Source: Nitrospirota bacterium (GTDB taxonomy: Bacteria > Nitrospirota > UBA9217). Taken from it: DNA of 64,000 nucleotides. Position 1 is the first letter of the stretch. The number at the start of each line of letters is the position of its first letter. Location of the stretch: positions 192,001 to 256,000 of the forward strand of contig CAVUCU010000007.1 of NCBI GenBank assembly GCA_963740085.1, in the 5' to 3' direction. A program made the translations under genes and the position numbers. The notes under the pieces were generated by a model that was not told the origin of the DNA, searched no databases, and worked only from the letters and a program-made list of their open reading frames with translations. Shown here piece after piece: positions 10,073 through 19,533 of this stretch.

Positions 10073-10411
10073 TTATATTGCTGCTATGCCGGTCTCGTTG
10101 GTTCGTATCCTTATGGCGTCGGCCATGTCGTGAACGAATATCTTTCCGTCTCCCACCTCGCCGGTCAATGCGGCATCACGGATGGACTTGACGATCCTGT
10201 CCGCATCTTCGTCCTTTACGACTACTTCAACTCTCATTTTGGCCACCAGGTTTACTTTATACGATACCCCGCGGTACTTCGTTACGATCCCATTTTGGCG
10301 TCCATGCCCTTTAATTTCAGAGACCGTTACACCGGGATGGCCCACTTTGTCCAAAGCTGCGCAAACCTCTGAAACCTTGGCCGGACGTATAAAAGCTTCG
10401 ATCCTTTTCAT
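10073..10411 (-). CDS. Divergent P-II family protein
   Basis: MKRIEAFIRP, GHGRQNG, YRGVSY, GEVGDGKIF, IRIRT. Confidence 0.9.
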   Translation of the reverse strand: MKRIEAFIRPAKVSEVCAALDKVGHPGVTVSEIKGHGRQNGIVTKYRGVSYKVNLVAKMRVEVVVKDEDADRIVKSIRDAALTGEVGDGKIFVHDMADAIRIRTNETGIAAI

Positions 10412-10457
10412 TGAGGAACTCCTTTCAGCACTTGAGTGACTTTCGTCGTAACGCATC

Positions 10458-10492
10458 AAAAAATGGGCCGGCATGAAAACACATGCCGGCCC
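10458..10492 (-). terminator. Intrinsic terminator after second glnK
   Basis: GGGCCGGCATG/CATGCCGGCCC stem followed by ATTTTTT. Confidence 0.75.
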
Positions 10493-10534
10493 TGTGTTTC
10501 CCCTACGATCTGGGAGGATAATGGGGGTAAACGC

Positions 10535-10888
<354 letters not shown>

Positions 10889-12529
10889 CTAACGATGTGT
10901 TTTCCGCATATTGAAGTCAGGATAGGCGGTTACCGCCACTTCACCCTGGTCGAGTCCTTCCATCTCCGAGCTCCGGATCGACCCTGAGCGGGACGATCTT
11001 ATCGAGGACCTTGAAGAACACGTACATAATAATGAAGACGAACGATGATATTCGTCAGCGATCCCGACCAGTCTGCGCGGCAAACTGTGACCCGCCGCCA
11101 TAGAACAACCCTTTGACCGTACCCGCTACACCGTTCAGTCCATCGCCATAGGTTCCGTCTGCAAAAAGTCCGAGAGATAATACGCCCCAGGCCCCGTTTA
11201 CGCCATGGACCGAGATTGCGCCGACAGGATCATCGACCTTCATGGTCCGCTCCACAAAGAACACGCTCACGCAGACGAGAATGCCCGCTATTGCCCGATG
11301 ATCACGGCCGATACCGAGTTCACAAAAGCGCAGGGGGCAGTGATCGCCACAAGACCGGCCAAGAAGTCCGTTTGCCGATCATCGAGATGTCCGGTTTGCC
11401 GAACCTGAACCACATATACAGCATGGATGAGAACGCTGCAGCGCCACCGGCAAGCATGGTATTGGTGGCAACCACGCCGATCCGCAGATCGCCGCCAGCC
11501 AGTGAAGAACCCGGCGTTGAAACCGAACCAGCCGAAGGCCAGGATGAAGCAGCCCACTACTGCCATGGGAATGTGATGTCCGGGAATGGCGTTCGGCGTA
11601 CCATCAGCCTTGAACTTGCCAAGCCGCGGGACCAAGAACCATGGCCCCTGCAAGCGCTGCCACGCCGCCGGTCATATGCACCACCGAGGAACCGGCAAAA
11701 TCAAGAATGTCCATGGCCAAGCCCGAAGTTGTTGCCGAGCTGTGAGAGCCAGCCGCCTCCCCAGACCCAGTTTGCATACAGCGGATATACTATGCCCGCG
11801 ATAAAGAACCCGTAGACGATGAAGGATTTGAACGTCCACCGCTCTGCCATTGCGAACCGGTCGGGATCGTGGCCGTCGTGTCCATGAACACCATCTGGAA
11901 CAGAAATATGGTGAAGACCACCGCATCATAGCTCACTCCGGAAAGAAAGAACCCTTTGGTGCCGAAAAGCCCGAAGTCTTTGCCAAACAGGTGGATGACG
12001 AACTCACTGTTCGAGCCCGGTTCCTCCGCCAAGCGAGGCAGCGCCGCCGGAGCCGCCCATCTGGATCGCAAAACCGACTGCCCAGTACCCAAGCATGCCG
12101 ATGACATAGACCATGAAGTTCATTGCCATCGTGTGGCCCGCATTCTTGGCCTGCGTGAAGCCCGTTTCCGCCATGGCGAACCCGGCCTGCATAAACATGA
12201 CGAGGAAGCCGCAGATAAGGGTCCACACCACATTGATCGCGATCCGGTTATGCCCGATCACGTCCGCAAGCTTTACCGCCAGCGGCTCTGTGGTAGCCAT
12301 GTTCTTCATATCATCCGCGGTCGGTGCATCCTGCGGATGCGCCGATCACATCCCCAGCGCCGCCGGTATTGGCGCCTGACGGATCGGAGGTCGGCGCAGG
12401 AGCCGCCGCTGCTGCAGAAGCGGGTGGTGCGGCCTGATCATCCGCGAAGACTGCACCGCCGATAACCGCAACCATAAGTGACAAAATCATCGCAACGATA
12501 AAGCGTTTTTTGTTCGCTATGAACTTCAT
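10889..12529 (-). pseudogene. amt: Third ammonium transporter, broken by many single-base indels (sequencing artefact or pseudogene)
   Basis: Fragments in different frames: [46 protein letters not shown] near the C-terminus. Confidence 0.8.
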
Positions 12530-12559
12530 GATAAACCTCCTCTTTCCTTTCAATAATCC

Positions 12560-13702
12560 CTACCAGGCGTACATCACGCCGAGCGCGATGGTGTCCTGCG
12601 TCTTTTTTGTGCTGTTGTCGAATGACTCCTGGTCCGACGAATCATGACGATATTCAGGCCGTACGATGAGACCACCGTCCAGCCGGATCTCCGGTGTCAC
12701 CGTCACTTCCTTCAACTTTTGGACCGTGCCGGTTCTGTATCCGTCCTTGTCGTCGAAATACTCACCGCGCACCGCAATACTGTAGGTTTCGTTGAAGTCG
12801 TACTTTACAATACCCGACAGGCCCGACCACTTCGCATCCGTCGTAATGCCTGAGGGAAGCAGCGTACCGTCAACATTCTCCTCCTTGCCGTCGTCGTAGT
12901 TCAAGATGATCGAGAGCGGCTTTATCGGCTTGATCGTGGCCACAATGTCGATGAGGGTCCTGTTGTCCCTGTTGTTATCGGTCTGTTCCGGCCCCCGGAT
13001 CACGTTGACGCTGGCAGAAAACATTTCCATCGGCGCCACGCCGACACTCAGGCCGAGCGACTTGCCCTTGTTGTTGTCTGTTGCATTATCCCAGCCATTT
13101 ACCAGAAACACGGCTGCGTTCACTACATCATTGAACGCGTAGCTCACTTTCAACCCGGTATGCGTGAGCGGTTCGGCATAGTTGAACAGGAACGAACGCG
13201 AATAGTTCGCATTGTCCTTTGCCTCCATCACTTCAGCCCCTATGAATGTGCCCATCTTCCCGAGATCAAATCTGAGTCCCTTCCCCACGGGCACGATATA
13301 GCTCACATACGCCTCGGTCACGTCGAACGAATCCAGTCCCGCATCACCCAGGCCGACCGAATGGATCAGTTTTGCCGTTTCACCGGCTGAAAGCTTTACC
13401 TTGTATCCGGCCGTACCAGAAGCAGCGTCCTTCAAGAATATGAGTTCTGCCAAATCCAAACCAAAGCTGTTCGCCTTGTGATCCAGCCACCGCAGGTCGT
13501 TTTCCCCCGATCCGGTCGTTGTCGAACTCGCGTTGCCGTTGTACGTATAGCCGCCCTGGACATAAACACTCAGTCCCAATGCGTTCTTCACGGCATCGGG
13601 GTTGAGACCCGCGGGCTTCGCCTCCTCAGCGAAGGCCGTCACACTCAATGCAACCATTACGCAAAAAACCGCCAAACTGAACTTCAAACCGATCTTTTTC
13701 AT
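12560..13702 (-). CDS. Outer-membrane beta-barrel porin (OmpL/bbp2-like)
   Basis: Signal peptide, GKMGTFIGAEV, NYSRSFLFNYAEPLTHTG, NGWD, RPEYRHD, terminal aromatic residue (YAW). Confidence 0.8.
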   Translation of the reverse strand: MKKIGLKFSLAVFCVMVALSVTAFAEEAKPAGLNPDAVKNALGLSVYVQGGYTYNGNASSTTTGSGENDLRWLDHKANSFGLDLAELIFLKDAASGTAGYKVKLSAGETAKLIHSVGLGDAGLDSFDVTEAYVSYIVPVGKGLRFDLGKMGTFIGAEVMEAKDNANYSRSFLFNYAEPLTHTGLKVSYAFNDVVNAAVFLVNGWDNATDNNKGKSLGLSVGVAPMEMFSASVNVIRGPEQTDNNRDNRTLIDIVATIKPIKPLSIILNYDDGKEENVDGTLLPSGITTDAKWSGLSGIVKYDFNETYSIAVRGEYFDDKDGYRTGTVQKLKEVTVTPEIRLDGGLIVRPEYRHDSSDQESFDNSTKKTQDTIALGVMYAW

Positions 13703-13756
13703 CCCTTCCTCCTTGTAATTCTGATTTTATCCTGCTTCTTTTCAGGGCAGGGCATT

Positions 13757-13798
13757 CTGATGAAAGCCTCCGGAGCTTTCGAAAGTTGTCAGCATCAA
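13757..13798 (-). ncRNA. Candidate cis-regulatory RNA in porin-amt operon leader
   Basis: 42-nt element homologous to the nifH leader element at 27159-27200. Confidence 0.45.
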
Positions 13799-13817
13799 CT
13801 TCACTGCATTGCCTTTT

Positions 13818-13833
13818 TGCAAGGCACATGCCA
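13818..13833 (-). promoter_or_regulatory. Sigma-54 promoter of porin-amt-glnK operon
   Basis: TGGCATGTGCCTTGCA. Confidence 0.85.
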
Positions 13834-13930
13834 CAAATCAGAACGAACGTGTTTATCAGCTTTCCCCTGATATATTAAGATCTTTTCCCGTTGGAATTAT
13901 TGAGATGCGACTGGAGGATCAGGAATGCCT

Positions 13931-13966
13931 CGTTCAATCTCTGAGCAAGTGATGAAATAATGGACA
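13931..13966. promoter_or_regulatory. Tandem NtrC-like enhancer sites
   Basis: CGTTCAATCTCTGAGCA-AG-TGATGAAATAATGGACA. Confidence 0.5.
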
Positions 13967-14078
13967 GCATGGCGTTGATCATCATGAATGTTCGCTGATG
14001 ATGGCGGGATGCGACGTGAACAGGTGACGCTACATGACCGACGAAACCCTTCGAACAGTAAATGAAGGCTCCCTGCGA

Positions 14079-15257
14079 TCAGGCGACATCCCGCAGCAGT
14101 CTCGCCTCAAGCACACCCGTGGCTGCGGAGTTGCCTGATGCCGCCACGATATCACTCCGGAATTGATCCAGGTAGGCGCCTATTTCCCGCGCACCGGCCA
14201 ACTCGAGAAATTCGTCGGACTTGATCCGATCAAGGATCCTCATCAGATTTCTGTCGCCGCTCTCGATGTTGAAACGGGACAACACACTGCGCAGTCCGGC
14301 CCGTCCTATGAGCTTGCTCAGGACTATCAATCGATCACCTCCGGACAAGGCCGGGTCCGCGGGTTCGTAGCAAACGGGATCCTGCAGAATACCGTGAATG
14401 TGAAGCCCCGACTTGTGCGCGAATGCGCGCTTCTCAAAATGGCGGCGGTTGATCGAACCGGAGATCAGCTCCCGGGCCAGCTTCAACGGCTCTTCATATT
14501 CGCGGCCGATCTTTTTCCGCCGTGCTTCTCCCTGTTTCGAGCACGCAAGGAGGTCTTCAAGTGCAACAAGCCCTGCCCTCTCCCCAAGACCCAGAATGCT
14601 TGCATCGATGCATTGCGCGCCGAGTCCGATAGCCGTCACTGCGTTCGCAAAGGCATGGCCGAGATCATTATGAAAATGGAAGTGCAGCGCATCAAAGGGA
14701 AGGACAGCGGAGAGGCTCTTCTGGAGTCCTGCAATGCGGGCAGGTGTGTCCGTTCCCACGGTGTCCGCATAGCTCAGGCGGTCCGTGCCCAGCTCCTTCA
14801 AATGACCGTAGAGCTCGGCAAGCTCGTTCCGATCGGTGCGCGATGCGTCCTCGCACGTGAAGCGGACTGACAAGCCGAGCTCTTTCGCAGTGAGGATCGC
14901 CGCGGATATCCGCTCGTATGCAGCGCGTCTTGTCAATCCATACCGTTTCAGGCTCAAGGTGTTTATGCCGGAGAACAGGCCTATCCACCCCAGTCCGAGA
15001 TCCCTTGCCGTCCGGATCTCATCCCGGTCCAGCCGTGCGTGCGCGATCAGGCGGGCCCTCAAGGGAAGCGCCGCGATCTCGGCCACGGCCTGCCGTATCG
15101 ATGGGGCCGCGGCCGGATGGCCGACCTCGATAAAATCGACACCCATCTCGTCGAGCAGGCAAGCCAGTTTTTTCTTTGTCTCGATCGGGAAGAAGACTCC
15201 ATAGCATTGTTCCCCTTCCCGGAGCGTTGTATCCAGTATTTCCATGGCAGTTGACAC
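14079..15257 (-). CDS. nifV: Homocitrate synthase (LeuA/NifV family)
   Basis: DTTLREGEQ, HFHNDLG, GLGERAG, AFAHKSGLH; last gene of the nifB operon. Confidence 0.8.
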   Translation of the reverse strand: MSTAMEILDTTLREGEQCYGVFFPIETKKKLACLLDEMGVDFIEVGHPAAAPSIRQAVAEIAALPLRARLIAHARLDRDEIRTARDLGLGWIGLFSGINTLSLKRYGLTRRAAYERISAAILTAKELGLSVRFTCEDASRTDRNELAELYGHLKELGTDRLSYADTVGTDTPARIAGLQKSLSAVLPFDALHFHFHNDLGHAFANAVTAIGLGAQCIDASILGLGERAGLVALEDLLACSKQGEARRKKIGREYEEPLKLARELISGSINRRHFEKRAFAHKSGLHIHGILQDPVCYEPADPALSGGDRLIVLSKLIGRAGLRSVLSRFNIESGDRNLMRILDRIKSDEFLELAGAREIGAYLDQFRSDIVAASGNSAATGVLEARLLRDVA

Positions 15258-15258
15258 C

Positions 15259-15474
15259 TCAGGATGTCTTTACAGATCGACATGAGTCGGCAAATCGGTG
15301 TGAAACATTCAGTGGATACTTATTCGCCAGATAAAGCCCGCACAACAGGGATCCCCAGGCAATAAGCGTCGTAAAGACCGCGATCCTTCCCTTGTCGAGG
15401 TCCTTCATCCGTCCGATCAGGAATGAAACGAAGAACGTCGTCATTGCAAATGCCAATATTCCGAATATCATCAT
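15259..15474 (-). CDS. Small two-TM hypothetical protein
   Basis: 71 aa hydrophobic ORF with an AAGGGAG RBS upstream, abutting nifV. Confidence 0.55.
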   Translation of the reverse strand: MMIFGILAFAMTTFFVSFLIGRMKDLDKGRIAVFTTLIAWGSLLCGLYLANKYPLNVSHRFADSCRSVKTS

Positions 15475-15666
15475 GGTCCATCATCTCCCTTCTTAACCCG
15501 GACAAGCAGGAAACAACACCTCGGAACGCGAAGGCGCGAAGGTCGCGAAGTTGTGCTAAGATTCTATGGTTAAATACCAGGAGTTAAGGATTTCCTTAGC
15601 GCCCTTGGCGCCTTTGCGGTAAATATTCTTTCCATTTTTAAAGGATTTGGTTTCTCCAGTTACTAA

Positions 15667-16413
15667 TTATGACCGGCAGACCTCACAGTGCTCGTCACGG
15701 GGTATCCGCACCTTCCTGAAATCCATGTCATACGTATTAAACACCAGCATCTCCGAGAGCAGCGGCTTTCCGTACCCGGTAAGCAGTTTGATCGCTTCGA
15801 GCGCCATCATGCAGCCGAGCATACCGGAGACCGCTCCCATGACCGGAAACCCCAGTTCTTCCCATGATGGGTCGTCCTCGGGATGGACGCAATGGAGGCA
15901 GGGTGTGACCTGCGGCAACACATTGAAGAGATATCCCTCCATTCCATTCATGGCTGCCTCGACCATAGGAATGCCCTTCTCGACGCAGGCCCTGTTCAGG
16001 ATGCGCCGCTCGCTGAAATTGGGCCTCGCGGACAGCGCGATCCGGGCGGTCCGGATCAGGTTCTCGACATTTGCCTCCGTTATCCGCTCATCGACAGTCT
16101 CGATCTCCACATCAGGGTTCATCTCCTGGAGCGTCTTCTTCGCCTGGACAACTCTGCTTTTGCCGATCGCCTTATTTTTCATGATGACCTGGCGGTTCAT
16201 GTTCGACAGGGTCAGGTTCCCCGCGTGCACCAGGATGAGCCTGCCGATCCCGGCCGCGGCAAGATAGAGCGCCGCGGTCCCGCCCAATCCGCCGATCCCG
16301 GCAACAAGCGCTGTCGAATTCCTAAGCCAACGCTGGTGGTCGGCCGTGAAGCCCCGAAGCATCAGCTGGCGCCGGTACCGTTCCCGGTCCGTATTATTCA
16401 GTTCGAGCTGCAT
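15667..16413 (-). CDS. hesA: HesA/MoeB/ThiF family protein
   Basis: ERYRRQ, GIGGLGG, LSNMNRQ, PCLHC, C-terminal CEVC; nif context. Confidence 0.85.
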   Translation of the reverse strand: MQLELNNTDRERYRRQLMLRGFTADHQRWLRNSTALVAGIGGLGGTAALYLAAAGIGRLILVHAGNLTLSNMNRQVIMKNKAIGKSRVVQAKKTLQEMNPDVEIETVDERITEANVENLIRTARIALSARPNFSERRILNRACVEKGIPMVEAAMNGMEGYLFNVLPQVTPCLHCVHPEDDPSWEELGFPVMGAVSGMLGCMMALEAIKLLTGYGKPLLSEMLVFNTYDMDFRKVRIPRDEHCEVCRS

Positions 16414-16415
16414 GG

Positions 16416-17306
16416 TCAGCACACCATTTCATTGTATTCCTCGCCGATACGGGTCATCAGCACCTCAAGCTCCATGTCCTTGTCCTCGCCGAGGATGCCG
16501 CAGGCATCGGCCCTGCACTGTTTGCAGTGCGTCATCTGTTTGATGAACGGACGGCATGCCTCGCGCATCCTGGTGATCTCTGCATGGGACGGTCTCTTGA
16601 GGTCCGCAAATTCCGCCTGGGGAATAAGCGGCAGGATGTTCATGATCTCCGCGCCAAGATTGCCGGCCCGCTCTGCGATAAGCGGTATCTCATGGTCGTT
16701 CACGCCGGGGATGAAGACCGTATTGACCTTTACAACGAGCCCTGCATGAACGGCCATTTCAAGGCCCTGCCACTGGTTCCCCAGGAGCAGTTCCGCCGCC
16801 GCCTTGCCTTCGTATCGCTCTCCCTGATAGCTCACCCACCGGTAGACCTTCTCCGCCGTCTCCGGCGTTACCGCGTTGATCGTGACGGTCAGACTGCGCA
16901 CACCCGACGCAATGAGCTGCTCCAGCCTTTCCGGCAGGAGAAGGCCATTCGTGGATACGCAAAGGGTAAGATCGGGGAACTCTGAATGGATCTTCCCCAT
17001 GGTTACATACGTGGCGTCATTCGCAAGAGGATCTCCGGGGCCCGCGATACCGACGACGCTGAGACGGTCGCTCCGCTCGACGAGCACCCTGGTCCGCTCG
17101 ACGGCCTCGTCCGGAGAGAGCACCTTGCTCGTGATGCCGGGCCTTGATTCGTTGGCGCAGTCGTACTTGCGTATGCAGTAGCGACACTGGATATTGCATG
17201 CGGGAGCGACCGATAAATGCGCCCTGCTGAACCTGGTGTGGGCCTCCTCGGTGAAGCAGGGATGCGTTTTGATAAAATCTTTTTTGACTGGACTGGAATT
17301 GTTCAT
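16416..17306 (-). CDS. nifB: FeMo-cofactor biosynthesis radical SAM protein NifB (single domain)
   Basis: HPC, CNIQCRYC, ESRPG, AGPGDPLAN, TVTINA, CKQCRADA. Confidence 0.93.
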   Translation of the reverse strand: MNNSSPVKKDFIKTHPCFTEEAHTRFSRAHLSVAPACNIQCRYCIRKYDCANESRPGITSKVLSPDEAVERTRVLVERSDRLSVVGIAGPGDPLANDATYVTMGKIHSEFPDLTLCVSTNGLLLPERLEQLIASGVRSLTVTINAVTPETAEKVYRWVSYQGERYEGKAAAELLLGNQWQGLEMAVHAGLVVKVNTVFIPGVNDHEIPLIAERAGNLGAEIMNILPLIPQAEFADLKRPSHAEITRMREACRPFIKQMTHCKQCRADACGILGEDKDMELEVLMTRIGEEYNEMVC

Positions 17307-17338
17307 CGTTTCCCCCCCTGAGATCATACCCGTGACAT

Positions 17339-17354
17339 AGCAATATCATTGCCA
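17339..17354 (-). promoter_or_regulatory. Sigma-54 promoter of nifB-hesA-nifV
   Basis: TGGCAATGATATTGCT. Confidence 0.8.
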
Positions 17355-17654
17355 GGTATACTGCGCGTTGTTTTTCAAGGAGTTTACGACCGAAAGATAC
17401 CGCTGCAGGAAAAGAAGCTGCGGGGTTTTTAGGCAGTTGACTGTTTTGAAGTCGATTCAGGGTCCCGGTGCCGTTCTAAGAAGGTCATCTGAGGCAGATA
17501 AGACTGGTCGTCTGTCAGGTAACGAGCACGGCGGATGGTGATGTCCATAATCGTCTCTCCCCTTCACCTGTTTCCTCTCCACACACGGGGAGAGGATGTG
17601 TTAAAGACTCCCTCGCCCTTGCGGGGAGAGGGCCGGAGTGGGAGGGACTCGCAA

Positions 17655-17933
17655 TCACAACGACACGTGCACGTGGCATTTCTTGGTGCATGCGCGGGAA
17701 CAGGCCGCACAGCCGATGCAGTTTTCCGGCCGCGCGATGGACATGACCTTATTGCCCATGTCATCGCCGTATTCGTCTTCGCCCTCGAAAGGCTTTTCAA
17801 TGAGCTCCAGCACGTCGAAACCGCAGACCTTGAAGCACCGACCGCAGCCTATGCATTTGTGGATATCGATAGAATCGATGAATTTCGGGGCCCAGGGTTT
17901 GCCGCCCCGGGTCGTTCCGGTAATGGGTGACAT
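17655..17933 (-). CDS. fdxB: nif-specific ferredoxin III (2x[4Fe-4S])
   Basis: TRGGKPWAPKF, CIGCGRCFKVC, CIGCAACSRAC. Confidence 0.85.
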   Translation of the reverse strand: MSPITGTTRGGKPWAPKFIDSIDIHKCIGCGRCFKVCGFDVLELIEKPFEGEDEYGDDMGNKVMSIARPENCIGCAACSRACTKKCHVHVSL

Positions 17934-18020
17934 GGTTCCTCCTTAAATCAGGGTTCAGGGTGAGGGGTTCAGGGATCAGAAAGTTCCTATACCCTGGCTA
18001 CTGGACCCTGCACCCTGCAT

Positions 18021-18437
18021 CTACGCTATCGCTTCGCCGTTCTTCTCTCCGGTCCTGACGCGGACGGCGCCTTCCATGGGCGACACGAAGATCTTTCCGT
18101 CGCCGGCCTTGCCGGTCTGGTTCACCTTGATGATGGACTTGACAACGGTTTTCACTACGTCATCGGGCACCACGATCGTGAGCAGCCGCTTCGGCACAAA
18201 GAGCGCGATCTTCGGCAGCGTATGGTCGAGCGCGTAGGTCGAGGGCGTGGGCTTGAGCTTCACCGCAGTGCAGTAGCTGTCCGGCATCTCGGAATCCATC
18301 TCCGCGCACATGGCGCCCCGCTGCCTGCCCCGGCCGTCGACGCTCTGGATCGTGAGCGAGGGATAGCCGAGGTCGTCGAGTGCTCTTTTCGTTTCATGGA
18401 GCTTGTCCCGGCGGATAATTGCAGTGATCTCTTTCAT
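18021..18437 (-). CDS. nifI2: NifI2 P-II family nitrogenase regulator
   Basis: MKEITAIIR, GRGRQ, extended T-loop, VPKRLL, GDGKIF. Confidence 0.85.
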   Translation of the reverse strand: MKEITAIIRRDKLHETKRALDDLGYPSLTIQSVDGRGRQRGAMCAEMDSEMPDSYCTAVKLKPTPSTYALDHTLPKIALFVPKRLLTIVVPDDVVKTVVKSIIKVNQTGKAGDGKIFVSPMEGAVRVRTGEKNGEAIA

Positions 18438-18504
18438 AATGAACCTCCCGATAAAAAGTTAAGCAGACAGGCTGAAGTCATGATGGCGCCGGCAAATAAG
18501 AACC

Positions 18505-18604
18505 TTTGACACGGAAAATTCGGATAAAGGCTATGATTTTCACGGATAAGTCCTTACCTAATCATGCCCCTTCAAAGCCTCTCTCAGTGAAAATCCGTGC
18601 CAAA
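18505..18604. repeat. ~100-bp MITE-like repeat, copy 1
   Basis: Imperfect terminal inverted repeats TTTGACACGG/CCGTGCCAAA; core GGCTATGATTTTCACGGATAAG shared with 24607-24706. Confidence 0.75.
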
Positions 18605-18653
18605 TACTTTGACTTTCTCTGTGCTTCAGCGTTTCTGCGGCGAATCTTTTTTA

Positions 18654-18971
18654 TTACAGCGCCGCCTCACCGGTCCTCACCGTGTAGGCATTTTCGACAG
18701 GGCTGACGAATATCTTCCCGTCTCCGATAAACCCGGTCCGCGCCTTGTCCTGGATAACCTTGAGCACCCTGTCCAGATCCTTGTCGTCGATTACGGTCAT
18801 AATGAGCGTTTTCGGCAGCTCGTCGTAATGGACCGGGCCGACCGTCAGTCCTTTTTGTTTCCCTCTCCCGAAAACCGGGACCTTGGTGAGCGAGGGAAAA
18901 CCCGCGCCCTCGAGTGCCAGAACAACTTCCTGTTCTTTTTCCGGCCGAATGAATGCTCTGATCATCTTCAT
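18654..18971 (-). CDS. nifI1: NifI1 P-II family nitrogenase regulator
   Basis: MKMIRAFIRPEK, GRGKQKG, YDELPK, GDGKIF. Confidence 0.88.
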   Translation of the reverse strand: MKMIRAFIRPEKEQEVVLALEGAGFPSLTKVPVFGRGKQKGLTVGPVHYDELPKTLIMTVIDDKDLDRVLKVIQDKARTGFIGDGKIFVSPVENAYTVRTGEAAL

Positions 18972-19030
18972 GTATATTTCCTCCTTGGACTATTGAACTA
19001 TACTCCGAACTCCGAACTTTGAACTCTGAA

Positions 19031-19426
19031 CTATGTTTTACTCAGCGCTTTCCTGATCCATGGCGGCGGTGATTTCCTGATGGTCTCCAACAACTGTCCG
19101 AGGGCGTTCTCGATAGTGATGATCTCTTTCATCTTCATCGGCATGATGCCCTTCTTCACGAGCCGGGCAGCAGACGGTCCGCCGATCTCCGTGAGGTAAA
19201 TGAGTTTGCAGTCGGACAAGCGGTCAACCTTGTTTTGGACCGCCTCATCATGCAGCGAACCCATGTCCTTGGTATCTACGACGGCCATATCCATGCCATC
19301 GGCGAACTTGCGCATCTCGACGAACCGATGACCTGTTTCCGCTATGTCATAGATCGCAAACATGCCCGCCCTGCCGAAATGTTCGTCAACCTGTTTTCCG
19401 TCTGTGGTAGCGAATGCGACTTTCAT
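19031..19426 (-). CDS. nifX: NifX
   Basis: MKVAFATTDG..VDEHFG, IGGPSAARLV, PPPW. Confidence 0.9.
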   Translation of the reverse strand: MKVAFATTDGKQVDEHFGRAGMFAIYDIAETGHRFVEMRKFADGMDMAVVDTKDMGSLHDEAVQNKVDRLSDCKLIYLTEIGGPSAARLVKKGIMPMKMKEIITIENALGQLLETIRKSPPPWIRKALSKT

Positions 19427-19533
19427 AGTAAATCCGCCTCGAATACCCCTCTCCTCAATCCTGTACCCTCAGGGGCGAGGATGCAATATCACCTTCTCCC
19501 TTGGGGGAGAAGGAAGGGATGAGGGGAAACGTA

